A stretch of DNA of 64,000 bases from an uncultured Candidatus Entotheonella sp. Its GTDB lineage: Bacteria > Tectomicrobia > Entotheonellia > Entotheonellales > Entotheonellaceae. The first letter of the stretch is position 1; each line of letters begins with the position of its first letter. The stretch is taken from positions 1,120,001 to 1,184,000 of the forward strand of contig CBDCDA010000002.1 of assembly GCA_965215335.1 (NCBI GenBank), in the 5' to 3' direction. The notes below the pieces were generated by a model. That model ran no database searches. It was not told the DNA's origin and was given only the letters and a program-made list of their open reading frames with translations. The position numbers and the translations under genes are program-made. Positions 29,674 to 38,974 of this stretch are shown here, piece by piece.

Positions 29674-30720
29674 ATGGAACTGCAAGACAGCTGTCGTGGC
29701 CTCATGGTCGGCCTCGCGGTCGGCAACTTGCTCGGCATTCTGTGTGAGGGTTGGCCGCGGGAGGAAATCCGCCTCCGCTGGCCCGACGGTGTGCGCGACA
29801 TCGAAGCGAAAGCGGGCTACCCCGACGATGACGACCTGGCGCAGGCCGTCATTCTGGCCGCGGCGTGTCACGGGGCGGAGGCCCTGGACGCCGACAACCT
29901 CGCCCGGCGATTCTGGGTCTGGGGTGAGGAAAACGGCCTTGGCATGGGCCATGCGACGGACATGACACTAACTCACTACGGTGGCAGCCGTCCCAGATGC
30001 TACGGGGCCCGCAAAATGTCTGCGCGCCGGCGCGGCTCGGCGTTGCCGGACTTTCGGGTGGCGCGTGAGCCGGTGGGCTTGCCGGCCCTGGAAGCTTCCC
30101 GTGCGGCTTGGGAAGACTCCGGCGGCAAGGCGGCCGGCAATGGCGCGGTCATGCGCTGCGCACCCGTGGCCATTCGCTGGCGGCATGACGATGTGGCGCT
30201 GGTTCGCAACACCGCCGCCAGCGCTGCGGTCACCCACTGGGATTCCCGCTGCGTTTGGTCCACAGTGTTCGTAAATCTGACCGTCGCTTCGCTCCTGCGG
30301 GAACCGCCAGACGGTTCGTTGCGACTCGTCGAGCGCGCCGAGCGGGCCAGGGAAACGCTTGGCGATGCCTTGGCGCCGTTCGGCATCGACGCGCCCGTGC
30401 CGGCAGCGGTAACGAAGGCGCTGGACGCTGCGGAGATGGCGCCGGAGGAGATCGACCTGGATGGCTGGGACATGGGCTATACCCTCAAGGCCATGCAGGT
30501 GGCGCTGTGGTCCGCGGGCCGGGCCGCGGACTTCGAGGAGGCGCTGATCGCCGTCGTCAACGCCGGCGGGGACACCGACACCAACGGCGCGGTGGCGGGT
30601 GCGGTGCTTGGTGCGCGGTTCGGATTCGACGCGATTCCGAGACGTTGGCGCGACCGGGTTACCAAGTTGCGGGCCGGCCGGGATGCAATGGAGGTATGGG
30701 CTGACCGTCTGATGGCTTGA
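29674..30720 (+). CDS. ADP-ribosylglycohydrolase family protein
   Basis: GLAVGNLLG, DDDD, AGNGAVMRCAP, VTH, GGDTDTNGAVAGAVLGA. Confidence 0.9.
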   Translation: MELQDSCRGLMVGLAVGNLLGILCEGWPREEIRLRWPDGVRDIEAKAGYPDDDDLAQAVILAAACHGAEALDADNLARRFWVWGEENGLGMGHATDMTLTHYGGSRPRCYGARKMSARRRGSALPDFRVAREPVGLPALEASRAAWEDSGGKAAGNGAVMRCAPVAIRWRHDDVALVRNTAASAAVTHWDSRCVWSTVFVNLTVASLLREPPDGSLRLVERAERARETLGDALAPFGIDAPVPAAVTKALDAAEMAPEEIDLDGWDMGYTLKAMQVALWSAGRAADFEEALIAVVNAGGDTDTNGAVAGAVLGARFGFDAIPRRWRDRVTKLRAGRDAMEVWADRLMA

Positions 30721-30776
30721 AATTATAGCGGTTTGCGTTCGGGGGCTGGTTTGCCTGCCAATCGGGCCAGTACCTT

Positions 30777-31451
30777 TCATTCGGGCACCCTTCGGCGTCG
30801 GAGATCTCGACAAGCCTTGCTGTCACGCACCCGAAGATACTCGACCAGGAACTCGTCCAGGTGCTGGCTCAAGTTGGAAAGGATGTAGCTACTACCGCCT
30901 TGGCCTGCACTGCCGCTATCCCATGTAGCGGCAAATCCCCATGTAGTGCCATATCCGATTTGACGATTCCAATTTATCAAGGTTCTAACGGTAGGTAGCT
31001 GTAGATAATGGAGAGCAGAGCCGTCTGGGAATCTTGTACTCTGTAAGAGTCCATTAAGATCAGGTAAGGTTCCGTCAGATTTTTCTACTACACTTAGAGT
31101 ACCTATTTCATCAAGAATACGATCATCAAGCAGCGGCCGGCTGTACGTCACGCTGATCGAGTAGAAAGGAAAATGCCCGCTCCCCTTTTCCGGGCGACCG
31201 ACGTTGACATTTACATAGAGCCTGGGGGTTGCCTTTGGGTCGTAGATCCCGGCCGCGCGAAGGCGACTCTCGGCCGCATTCCTGATCGATTCTTCCGTCA
31301 GTCCGCCCTGTACCGCATCTTCCCGTAGGCTCGCAACGATCAGCCCCATTCCCTCATCCGAGGGACATAGAGCAAACAAGTCGTCAGGTGCAGCGAACAC
31401 TGCCGCACTCGTCAACATGAGCATGGCGCAAGCAAAGATCTGTCGGATCAT
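30777..31451 (-). CDS. Secreted hypothetical protein with an AT-rich internal segment
   Basis: GGAGG RBS, signal peptide ending AVFA; open frame across 30945-31130. Confidence 0.75.
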   Translation of the reverse strand: MIRQIFACAMLMLTSAAVFAAPDDLFALCPSDEGMGLIVASLREDAVQGGLTEESIRNAAESRLRAAGIYDPKATPRLYVNVNVGRPEKGSGHFPFYSISVTYSRPLLDDRILDEIGTLSVVEKSDGTLPDLNGLLQSTRFPDGSALHYLQLPTVRTLINWNRQIGYGTTWGFAATWDSGSAGQGGSSYILSNLSQHLDEFLVEYLRVRDSKACRDLRRRRVPE

Positions 31452-31536
31452 GATGCTGCTCCTCCGCGGTGACACCAATGGGTCGTTTGCACGGTCGCCA
31501 CGATGCTTCCATGCCGATTGCACTTGCCACATGACT

Positions 31537-32648
31537 CAGTGATGTTACGCGGCCTTGAGGAGTTGGAGTTCATCAAAGGCATGACGCACCGCCTTGAGAT
31601 AGAGCCGGGTTCGTAAGGCCACGTGATTGAGCCGATGTTGCACACTGAGCCATGTCAGGCGACACGCAGCATAAATCGCCAGAAAACAATGATTGCTCTG
31701 CGTCCGTACCGTTCGGGTCGGCGACTTGGCTAGCGACGCATGGCTCTTGAGCGTCTTGTGATACGTCTCCACGTTCCACCGTTTCTGGTAGATTGTGACG
31801 ATGCCTTCTGCGTCATGCTCGAGGTCGCTGCAAGCCAGATACAAAACCCCGCGGCTGCCGTCTTTGTTTGTAAAGACCTGGCGGACGAGGAGAACCGCAA
31901 AGTCCAGTCCCCTCAAGTAGCCGCGTACCGCTTGGCGTTCCGGCAAGTTCAGCGCCTCTAGGCGTGAGAAGTTTCCTTGGCGTTTGGCCTCGTAGCTCAA
32001 GGCCACCGTACGGTTGGATTTCAGGGCGATGACGAAATGCTTGCCCAAGCCCTGGCGAATGAAGTTCAGGTTGTCTTTGGCTGAAAACCAACTGTCAGCC
32101 AGCACGTAGCGCCAGGCCAACTGATTGCGCTGGCACACAGCCAGCATGCGGCGCAGGTGTTCATTCTTCGAGCGGTTGCTTTTGCGCTTCAAGGTTCCCG
32201 TTTTCGCATCACGGTAGACGATGGGTTTGCCGATGAGTTCACAGGCCACGGGCAGGGTGGTGCCTTGGGCGTGATAGACACAGTCAAGCAGGTTGATGCC
32301 TTTGACGGTGCGGTTCTTGCTGTGGTCGAAGTGCCAAGCGATGAGTTCGTTTTCGTCCGTACAGGGCTTTTCCTCAATGGTGTCGTCGAAGATGAGGACG
32401 CCTCCGGCGTCTTCAATCTCACGCACCATGGGCTTGACGAGTTGCCAGAGGGTCTTGGAGTCAAAGTCTTCTTGGGCTGGAAAGCGGGTTATCTGGTCAT
32501 GGCTGAGGGAACCTTCGAGCAGGTCGGACAGACCTGTTGCGGTGGTTGCGCCAAAGGAACTCAAGAGGTAATCGCTGTAGAGGTCTACGAGTTCTCTGTT
32601 CATGGTCCCTCGTCCTGTTCATGACTTAAACGGTGCGTAACATCACTG
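31537..32648 (-). mobile_element. Insertion sequence (IS701-like DDE), apparently complete
   Basis: Perfect 14-bp terminal IRs CAGTGATGTTACGC (31537-50) and GCGTAACATCACTG (32635-48), flanked by ACT direct repeats (31534-36, 32649-51). Confidence 0.92.
31545..32603 (-). CDS. DDE transposase
   Basis: LIFDDT, VLADSWF, YQKRWNVETYHKTLK; stop codon lies inside the IR. Confidence 0.93.
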   Translation of the reverse strand: MNRELVDLYSDYLLSSFGATTATGLSDLLEGSLSHDQITRFPAQEDFDSKTLWQLVKPMVREIEDAGGVLIFDDTIEEKPCTDENELIAWHFDHSKNRTVKGINLLDCVYHAQGTTLPVACELIGKPIVYRDAKTGTLKRKSNRSKNEHLRRMLAVCQRNQLAWRYVLADSWFSAKDNLNFIRQGLGKHFVIALKSNRTVALSYEAKRQGNFSRLEALNLPERQAVRGYLRGLDFAVLLVRQVFTNKDGSRGVLYLACSDLEHDAEGIVTIYQKRWNVETYHKTLKSHASLAKSPTRTVRTQSNHCFLAIYAACRLTWLSVQHRLNHVALRTRLYLKAVRHAFDELQLLKAA

Positions 32649-33020
32649 ACTCATAATCGGGGGCCTGCGAGGCCCCGTTCGGCCGTCCATGCTGAACCTA
32701 CCGGGGCTCACGTTGTCGTGGCTTCACTCAGGTCGATCAGGTCGTCCACGTGGAACATCGTCAGCTCGGCCACGTGCTCCACGGGCCAACACTCGGTGTC
32801 GAGCTTCATGCAGTGTATTGTCCAGGATTTCACTGTCTCATGCAAAGCTGAAGCTGCCGACAGGAGGCAGAGCGAACACCAGCGAGAAGATGGAAGAAGC
32901 AGACGCGAAGGCGTTGCGTGTGGGGGACGTTACGGCGCATAGTAATGAAGAAAGACAGCGGCGCTACTGAAGCGCCACCATGGGCATACGTCGCGCGGGC
33001 CTCGGGAGGCAGATGCAGAT

Positions 33021-34556
33021 ATGGAAGACAAGGAATCACCCGAACTCGCTTCTGGAAATTACCGTATCAAGGTTGAAGACTTCGGGCCAATCGTCCGCGC
33101 GGACGTAGACTTGCGACCGCTTACGGTGTTCATCGGTCCGAGCAATACGGGGAAATCCTACTTGGCAATCCTGATCTACGCGCTGCATCAATTTTTCGGC
33201 GCCGCCAGCGGGCCATTCTACTGGTCCAGAATCCGTTTGCGGAGAAGACTTCTGGCGCTTCCCGCCCTTACAGCCCTTAAGCTCAACACGCCAGTACGAG
33301 AGAGTTTGACGAACTGGCTGGCCGGCATGCTCGAGAAAAACCCGACGCCATCATTGCCAAAAGACGTTGATGCAGTAATCCGACCCATCCTGGAACACCC
33401 TGGAGTCGAAGGACAACTGGAAGAAGAAATACGTCGTTGCTTCGGCGTGGCGTCCCACAACGACCTCGTTCGACGACCGGGTCATCACGCCATCGCTAAA
33501 ATCGGCCTTGCTATTCCGCAAGAAACCGGATCACAAGCAGTTCGTTATGGTTTTGAGTTCGGACAAAGAAGCGAACCTCGTTTCTGGGGGGAAATTCCCT
33601 TTGCCGAACCCATGACAATCGGAGAGGAAATCTCTGGAGATCTGTATTTTGAGGCTCAGCGTCTAACGAGGACAGATGATTCAGGGTTTTCCGAAGACGA
33701 CAGGCTTGATTCTGTTTGGTCGTCACTGACGCATCATCTCTTTTGGTCGGTGACCCTCCCCTTGACTCGTAACGCCTTCTATTTGCCAGCCGACCGAACG
33801 GGCGTCATGCACAGTCACCAGGTCGTGGTGAGTACCTTGATTCAGAACGCCACGACGGCCGGCTTACGTCCTTCCGCCGACGTTCCGCTGCTGTCAGGCG
33901 TGTTGGCGGATTTCCTGAACGATCTGATATTGCTGAGCGAGAGGCGCTTGCCAAGGTCGTCGGTGAGGTTGGCGGAAATCCTCGAACGCACGATGCTGGA
34001 AGGTAGCATCAAGCTGAATCGCACCCATAGCAGCCATCCTGTCTTTACATACAGGCCCACCGGCTGGAAAAGTGACCTGCCTCTCATGCGAACCTCTTCC
34101 ATGGTGTCCGAACTTGCACCTGTCGTGCTCTACCTCCGACACCTCGTGCGCCCGAGCGATCTGCTGATAATCGAGGAGCCTGAATCCCATTTGCATCCCG
34201 CGATGCAAGCCGCATTTGCTCGCGAACTGGTACGACTGGTTCGCGCTGGGATTCGCGTCATCCTGACGACTCACAGTGAGTGGTTCCTCGAACAGTTGGG
34301 GAATCTGGCGCGCCTCGGCATGTTGCCTGAGAAGAAACGTAAGGGGACGGCGGATGCCGATTACGCCCTTCGTCCAGGGGAAATAGGAGCTTGGCTATTC
34401 GAGCGGAAGCAACGCCCGAAAGGTACGTTGGTCAGAGAGGTAACCTTAGACTCTGAAACGGGGCTTTTCCCTACTGATTTCGAGTTGGTAAGTGAGGCTC
34501 TTTACAACCAAGGCGCCGAGATCTTCAACCGATTGCAAGAAAGCGCCGACGAGTGA
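33021..34556 (+). CDS. ABC-type (AAA_15/AAA_21-like) ATPase
   Basis: FIGPSNTGKS, YLPADRTG, SSMVSEL, IIEEPESHLHP, LTTHS. Confidence 0.9.
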   Translation: MEDKESPELASGNYRIKVEDFGPIVRADVDLRPLTVFIGPSNTGKSYLAILIYALHQFFGAASGPFYWSRIRLRRRLLALPALTALKLNTPVRESLTNWLAGMLEKNPTPSLPKDVDAVIRPILEHPGVEGQLEEEIRRCFGVASHNDLVRRPGHHAIAKIGLAIPQETGSQAVRYGFEFGQRSEPRFWGEIPFAEPMTIGEEISGDLYFEAQRLTRTDDSGFSEDDRLDSVWSSLTHHLFWSVTLPLTRNAFYLPADRTGVMHSHQVVVSTLIQNATTAGLRPSADVPLLSGVLADFLNDLILLSERRLPRSSVRLAEILERTMLEGSIKLNRTHSSHPVFTYRPTGWKSDLPLMRTSSMVSELAPVVLYLRHLVRPSDLLIIEEPESHLHPAMQAAFARELVRLVRAGIRVILTTHSEWFLEQLGNLARLGMLPEKKRKGTADADYALRPGEIGAWLFERKQRPKGTLVREVTLDSETGLFPTDFELVSEALYNQGAEIFNRLQESADE

Positions 34557-35011
34557 ACGGACTTGTTGCCAAGGTCAGGAATGTTGTTCCTCCGGCCTGT
34601 CAGACTTCCAGGCACAGCAAGGACGGTTGCTCGGTTTCGATGAAAGGCGCACCAACTCCCCGTGTTACGGTCGACATGGACTGCAAGAAGCTCGGCTTCC
34701 AAGGCAGCCGGTGCGACTACTTATTTGTCGGCGAGCATCAGGACAGCGCATGGGTGGTTCCTATCGAATTGAAAAGCGGGAAGGTCAGGACCAGCGAAGT
34801 CAGGGACCAGTTACAAGGGGGCGCTCAGTTCGCCCAGACGTTACTCGCTGCTGGGGATCAATTCAATTTCGTACCAGTCCTGGTGCATGGCAAGTCCATC
34901 CACCGACTGGAACGTAACTAATTACGCCAAGCAAGAATCAGCTTGCGAGGCAAAATACAACAACCCAGGTTGATCAAATGCGGTGAGCCGGTGACCAGAG
35001 TTCTGAACTAG
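34553..35011 (+). pseudogene. PD-(D/E)xK-like nuclease interrupted by in-frame TAA at 34919-21
   Basis: RCDYLF...IELKSG...QLQGG; frame continues LRQARISLRGKIQQPRLIKCGEPVTRVLN* to 35011; GTGA overlap with ATPase. Confidence 0.65.
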
Positions 35012-35029
35012 GGTGTACAGCCCGCGGGT

Positions 35030-35482
35030 TTATGCTTGAAGTTCCGCCAGACATGCCTGCCAGCGGCGCGACAGCGTTTCGAGGCACTGCTGTGCCGAGT
35101 CCGTCCGTCCGTCGCCGTGCTGAAAGACCGAAGCGCTGGGGTCGGTCAGACTTCGTACCGCGGCGCGCAGACGCGCCTGGGCCTGCTCCATCTGGTCGGC
35201 CAATTGCGCCACGGTGCGCCCGGTAAAACGGCCGACCGCGCGGGCGTCCATCTCATCGTCTGGGGCGTAAATGCGAACCGGCGCACCGCCCGCGGCTGCC
35301 GACTCCATGCCGTCGGCGGCCGTTGCGCTCCACCACACGAGCTGGCACAGCGTCTCGCGCGGCCCATACGCCCCCATTCTGATCTTGCCCTCGGCTTCCA
35401 ACTGACGAAGTCGTGTCAAGCCCGTCTCGACCTGCTCATCCAATGCCGCGATCAGGTCGTCAAGCGATAGCGTCTCGGTCAT
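35030..35482 (-). CDS. Hypothetical helical protein, possibly DinB-like
   Basis: GAGG RBS; GPRETLCQLVWW...DEMDARAV pattern. Confidence 0.6.
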   Translation of the reverse strand: MTETLSLDDLIAALDEQVETGLTRLRQLEAEGKIRMGAYGPRETLCQLVWWSATAADGMESAAAGGAPVRIYAPDDEMDARAVGRFTGRTVAQLADQMEQAQARLRAAVRSLTDPSASVFQHGDGRTDSAQQCLETLSRRWQACLAELQA

Positions 35483-35726
35483 GTGAAGCATCCTCTCGCA
35501 AGGTCCCGCCTTGGTCGTTTGGCAGCATACGTGAGCCTGGATTGATCCCGTTGTTATAGACGCGGTATTGGCGGGTGTCAACAAGGACGGGCCTGTCAAA
35601 AGGCCGCAATATGTGTAGACATTCGCAACCGGATGGGCTATAGGAACTGCATATGTTCGACATGAATTCGGGCGCCGATTCGCTGGCCGGAACGGTTGTC
35701 GGCGGGCCGCCAGAGGAGGCAACACC

Positions 35727-36083
35727 GTGGAAGAGCGAACGATACTTGCGGCACTGGGGAATATCGTGGATTCTCTTGGGACGCTGTCGCTCGTCGCGAC
35801 AGCGCCGGACGACCCCTTGGCGCTGCCGGAGCCCCCAGGACCGGAGCAAATCGCGGCGTATGAGGCGCACGTCAGGGTGGTCAAAGATCAAGTGGATGCG
35901 GGCTACCATCCCCTGCTGGCCATGTCGGTGCGGGATTACCAGGCGGGCTACGCCGACCGCGCGGGGCTGTATCTGCTGGAGTTTCTCGACAAGCTCAAGG
36001 AAGAACCCGGCCATGCCCGGAATTTTTCCGCCGAGGGCCAGCGCGCCCTGGCCATGTATGTCGCCGACCTGCGGGAGCTTTGA
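35727..36083 (+). CDS. Hypothetical protein upstream of norC
   Basis: AGGAGG RBS, GC3-biased codons, ends 28 bp before norC. Confidence 0.7.
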   Translation: MEERTILAALGNIVDSLGTLSLVATAPDDPLALPEPPGPEQIAAYEAHVRVVKDQVDAGYHPLLAMSVRDYQAGYADRAGLYLLEFLDKLKEEPGHARNFSAEGQRALAMYVADLREL

Positions 36084-36111
36084 TGTTCCGTGGCCTGGGA
36101 GGTAGGATCAC

Positions 36112-36843
36112 ATGCTTTCGAAATCCGCCGCACGGGCGTTCTTTCTGATCGGTACCATCGGGTTCTCGGTCATTTTTCTGGCGCTGACGCTCGACACCAT
36201 CCGTCGCGTGCCGGATCAGACCAACGCCGCCAACCTGACGCCGCAGGCGATTGCGGGCAAGCACCTGTGGGACAAGAACAACTGCATGGGCTGCCACACC
36301 ATCCTGGGGGAGGGGGCCTACTATGCGCCGGAACTGACCAAGGTGTACGAGCGGCGCGGGCCGGCGTTCATCGAGGCGATGCTGCGCGACCCGGAGGCCA
36401 TGTATCCCGGGCAGCGGCGCATGGTGACGTACGACTTCACGGACGAGGAGGTGGCGGCCATGGTCGCCTTCCTCAAGTGGATCGGCGAGATGGACCTCAA
36501 CGGCTTTCCACCGGAACCCACCCTGCTTCCCGTGGCGGTGCCGACGCCGGCGGTGGGCGCGTCCGTCGTCGCTGCGGTTGAGCGCCCCAAGGTGTTCAAC
36601 CAGCTCTGCATCGCCTGCCACAGCCTGGGCGGGCAGGGCGGCGTGGTGGGGCCGGCGCTGGACGACGTGGGCAGCCGCCTCGGCTACGACGCCCTGATTC
36701 CGTGGCTGACCGACCCGCAGAAGATCAAGCCCGGCACGGCGATGCCGAAACTGCCGCTGTCCGGTGCCGACATCGTCGAGCTTGCCTCCTTTCTGTCCCA
36801 GATGAAGCAGCAGCCCGGTGCGGTCAGGGAGGACGCCAACTGA
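36112..36843 (+). CDS. norC: Nitric oxide reductase cytochrome c subunit with a second c-type heme domain
   Basis: N-terminal TM, CMGCHTILGEGAYYAPELTKV, second CIACH...GPALD...GTAMP. Confidence 0.92.
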   Translation: MLSKSAARAFFLIGTIGFSVIFLALTLDTIRRVPDQTNAANLTPQAIAGKHLWDKNNCMGCHTILGEGAYYAPELTKVYERRGPAFIEAMLRDPEAMYPGQRRMVTYDFTDEEVAAMVAFLKWIGEMDLNGFPPEPTLLPVAVPTPAVGASVVAAVERPKVFNQLCIACHSLGGQGGVVGPALDDVGSRLGYDALIPWLTDPQKIKPGTAMPKLPLSGADIVELASFLSQMKQQPGAVREDAN

Positions 36844-38192
36844 TGAAATATCAATCACAGCGAATCGCCTACTATTTCTTCGCGGTATCGATGCTGCTAT
36901 TGTGCCTGCAAATCCTCTACGGCTTCATCCTGGCCTTTGCGCACGTGGGCTACGACGTGCTGCACGCCGTCATTCCCTTCAACGTGGCGCGCGCCACCCA
37001 CCTCAACCTGCTCGTCGTCTGGCTGCTCAGCGGCTTCATGGGCGCGGCGCACTTCATCATTCCCGACGAGACCGGCCAGGAACTGTATTCGACCCCGCTG
37101 GCCGTGGCACAGCTCGTCAGCCTGGTGCTCGTCAGCGTCACTGCCATCATCGGCTTTCACTTCCAGTGGTGGGAGGGGCGGAAATTCCTCGAAATCCCGC
37201 GCCCGCTGGATTACCTGGTGGTGGTGAACGTCCTGATGTTCATCTTCAACATCGGCATGACGCTGTGGCGGAGCCGCCGCCGCACCACCACGAGCATCGT
37301 GCTGTTCATGGGGCTGCTGTCGGCGGCGCTGCTGTACCTGCCGGGCATGATCGACACCACCAACCAGACGATGGACTCCTACTGGCGCTGGTGGGTGGTG
37401 CACCTGTGGGTCGAGGGCGTGTGGGAGCTCATCATGGGCGCCATCCTGGCGTATCTGCTCATCAAGCTGACCGGCGTGGACCGCGAGATGATCGAGAAAT
37501 GGCTGTACCTCATCGTCGGCCTGACGTTCCTGTCCGGCATTCTGGGCACCGGGCACCATTACTACTACATCGGCACGCCGAGCTACTGGCTGTGGATCGG
37601 CGGCATCTTCAGCGCCCTGGAGCCGCTGGCCTTCTTCGGCATGGCGGTGTACGCGGTGGCCATGGTGCGGCGTGGCGGGCGGCGGCATCCCAACTCCCTG
37701 GCGCTGTCGTGGACGGTGGGCTGCGCCATCATGTCGTTCGTCGGCGCCGGCGTGCTGGGCTTTGCGCACACGCTGCCGCAGGTCAACCTGTACACCCACG
37801 GCACGCTGGTGACCGCCATGCACGGGCACCTGGCGTTCTGGGGCGCCTACGCCATGCTGGTGCTCGGCATGATTTCCTACGCCCTGCCGCTGCTCACCGG
37901 GCGCAAGCTCTACAACACTGGCATTTCGGCGTTTGCGTTCTGGACGTCCAACATCGGCATGGTCAGCATGACGGCGGCGTTCGCCGTAGCGGGTGTGACG
38001 CAGGTCTACCTCGAACGCCGGGTGGGCATGGATTTTCTCGCCGTGCAGGCGGAACTGGTGGTGCACTTCTGGGGCGTCGTGCTGGCGGCGGCCCTGTTCA
38101 GCGCCGGCATCCTGGCCTACGTCTACACCTTCGTGAAGTCCGGCTGGCCGGTGGGCGAGGTCAACGCGTCGGCGATTCCCGAGTACGCCTGA
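36843..38192 (+). CDS. norB: Nitric oxide reductase catalytic subunit (cNOR)
   Basis: PFNVARATH, EGRKFLE, WWVVHLWVEGVWELI, GTGHHY, SALEP, HGHLAF. Confidence 0.96.
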   Translation: MKYQSQRIAYYFFAVSMLLLCLQILYGFILAFAHVGYDVLHAVIPFNVARATHLNLLVVWLLSGFMGAAHFIIPDETGQELYSTPLAVAQLVSLVLVSVTAIIGFHFQWWEGRKFLEIPRPLDYLVVVNVLMFIFNIGMTLWRSRRRTTTSIVLFMGLLSAALLYLPGMIDTTNQTMDSYWRWWVVHLWVEGVWELIMGAILAYLLIKLTGVDREMIEKWLYLIVGLTFLSGILGTGHHYYYIGTPSYWLWIGGIFSALEPLAFFGMAVYAVAMVRRGGRRHPNSLALSWTVGCAIMSFVGAGVLGFAHTLPQVNLYTHGTLVTAMHGHLAFWGAYAMLVLGMISYALPLLTGRKLYNTGISAFAFWTSNIGMVSMTAAFAVAGVTQVYLERRVGMDFLAVQAELVVHFWGVVLAAALFSAGILAYVYTFVKSGWPVGEVNASAIPEYA

Positions 38193-38200
38193 GCGGTGCG

Positions 38201-38974
38201 ATGAGCGTTCCTTACTACCACCCCGTCCAGCGCGAGGTGGAGGTCTTCGAGCACGCCTATCGCAACCAGTTGGCGCTGATGATCAAGGGTCCCACGGGCT
38301 GCGGCAAGACGCGTTTCGTGGAGGCGATGGCGGCGAAGGTCGAGCGCCCCCTGGTGACGGTGGCCTGCCACGACGACACCACCGCCACCGACCTGCTGGG
38401 CCGCTACCTCGTGGAGGGCGGCGATACCGTGTGGCAGGACGGGCCGCTGACCCGCGCCATCCGGCAGGGCGCCATTCTGTACCTCGACGAGATCGTCGAG
38501 GCGCGCGAAGACGTGGTCGTGGTGCTGCACACCCTCGCTGACCACCGCCGGCAAGTCTACCTCGACCGCCTGAACGAGACGCTGACCGCCCCCACCGAAT
38601 TCATGCTGGTGATCAGTTTCAATCCCGGTTACCAACGCGGCTTCAAGGAGCTCAAGCCGTCAACGCGTCAGCGCTTCGTGGGTCTGAGCTTCCAGTACCC
38701 CCAGCCGGCGATCGAGGCCGAGATCGTGGCGCAGGAAAGCGGCATCGATCTGGCCATGGCCAAGCGCCTGGTCGCCTTCGCCGGCAAGGTGCGAAACCTG
38801 CAGGAATTCGGCCTCAGCGCCACCGCCTCCACCCGCCTGCTGGCCCACGCGGGCCGCCTGATGCACACCGGCATGCCGCCGCGCACGGCGTGCCACGTCG
38901 GCGTCATCGAACCCCTGACCGATGACGACGACATCCGCAGTGCCCTGCAAGACACGGCAAACCTGATCCTGTGA
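38201..38974 (+). CDS. norQ: NorQ/CbbQ MoxR AAA+ ATPase
   Basis: KGPTGCGKTRFVE, WQDGPLT, YLDE, NPGYQ, LKPSTRQRF. Confidence 0.95.
   Translation: MSVPYYHPVQREVEVFEHAYRNQLALMIKGPTGCGKTRFVEAMAAKVERPLVTVACHDDTTATDLLGRYLVEGGDTVWQDGPLTRAIRQGAILYLDEIVEAREDVVVVLHTLADHRRQVYLDRLNETLTAPTEFMLVISFNPGYQRGFKELKPSTRQRFVGLSFQYPQPAIEAEIVAQESGIDLAMAKRLVAFAGKVRNLQEFGLSATASTRLLAHAGRLMHTGMPPRTACHVGVIEPLTDDDDIRSALQDTANLIL

Noticed and set aside
32660..33020. Short ORFs between the IS and the ATPase
   Set aside because: No motifs or convincing RBS; likely degraded sequence
34919..34921. Stop-codon recoding in the nuclease gene
   Set aside because: The codon is TAA, not UGA or UAG, and not at a catalytic position; a nonsense mutation or sequencing error is simpler
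36818..38974. 718-aa ORF suggesting a NorB-NorQ fusion
   Set aside because: The N-terminal part is an off-frame read of norB; NorQ starts at ATG 38201
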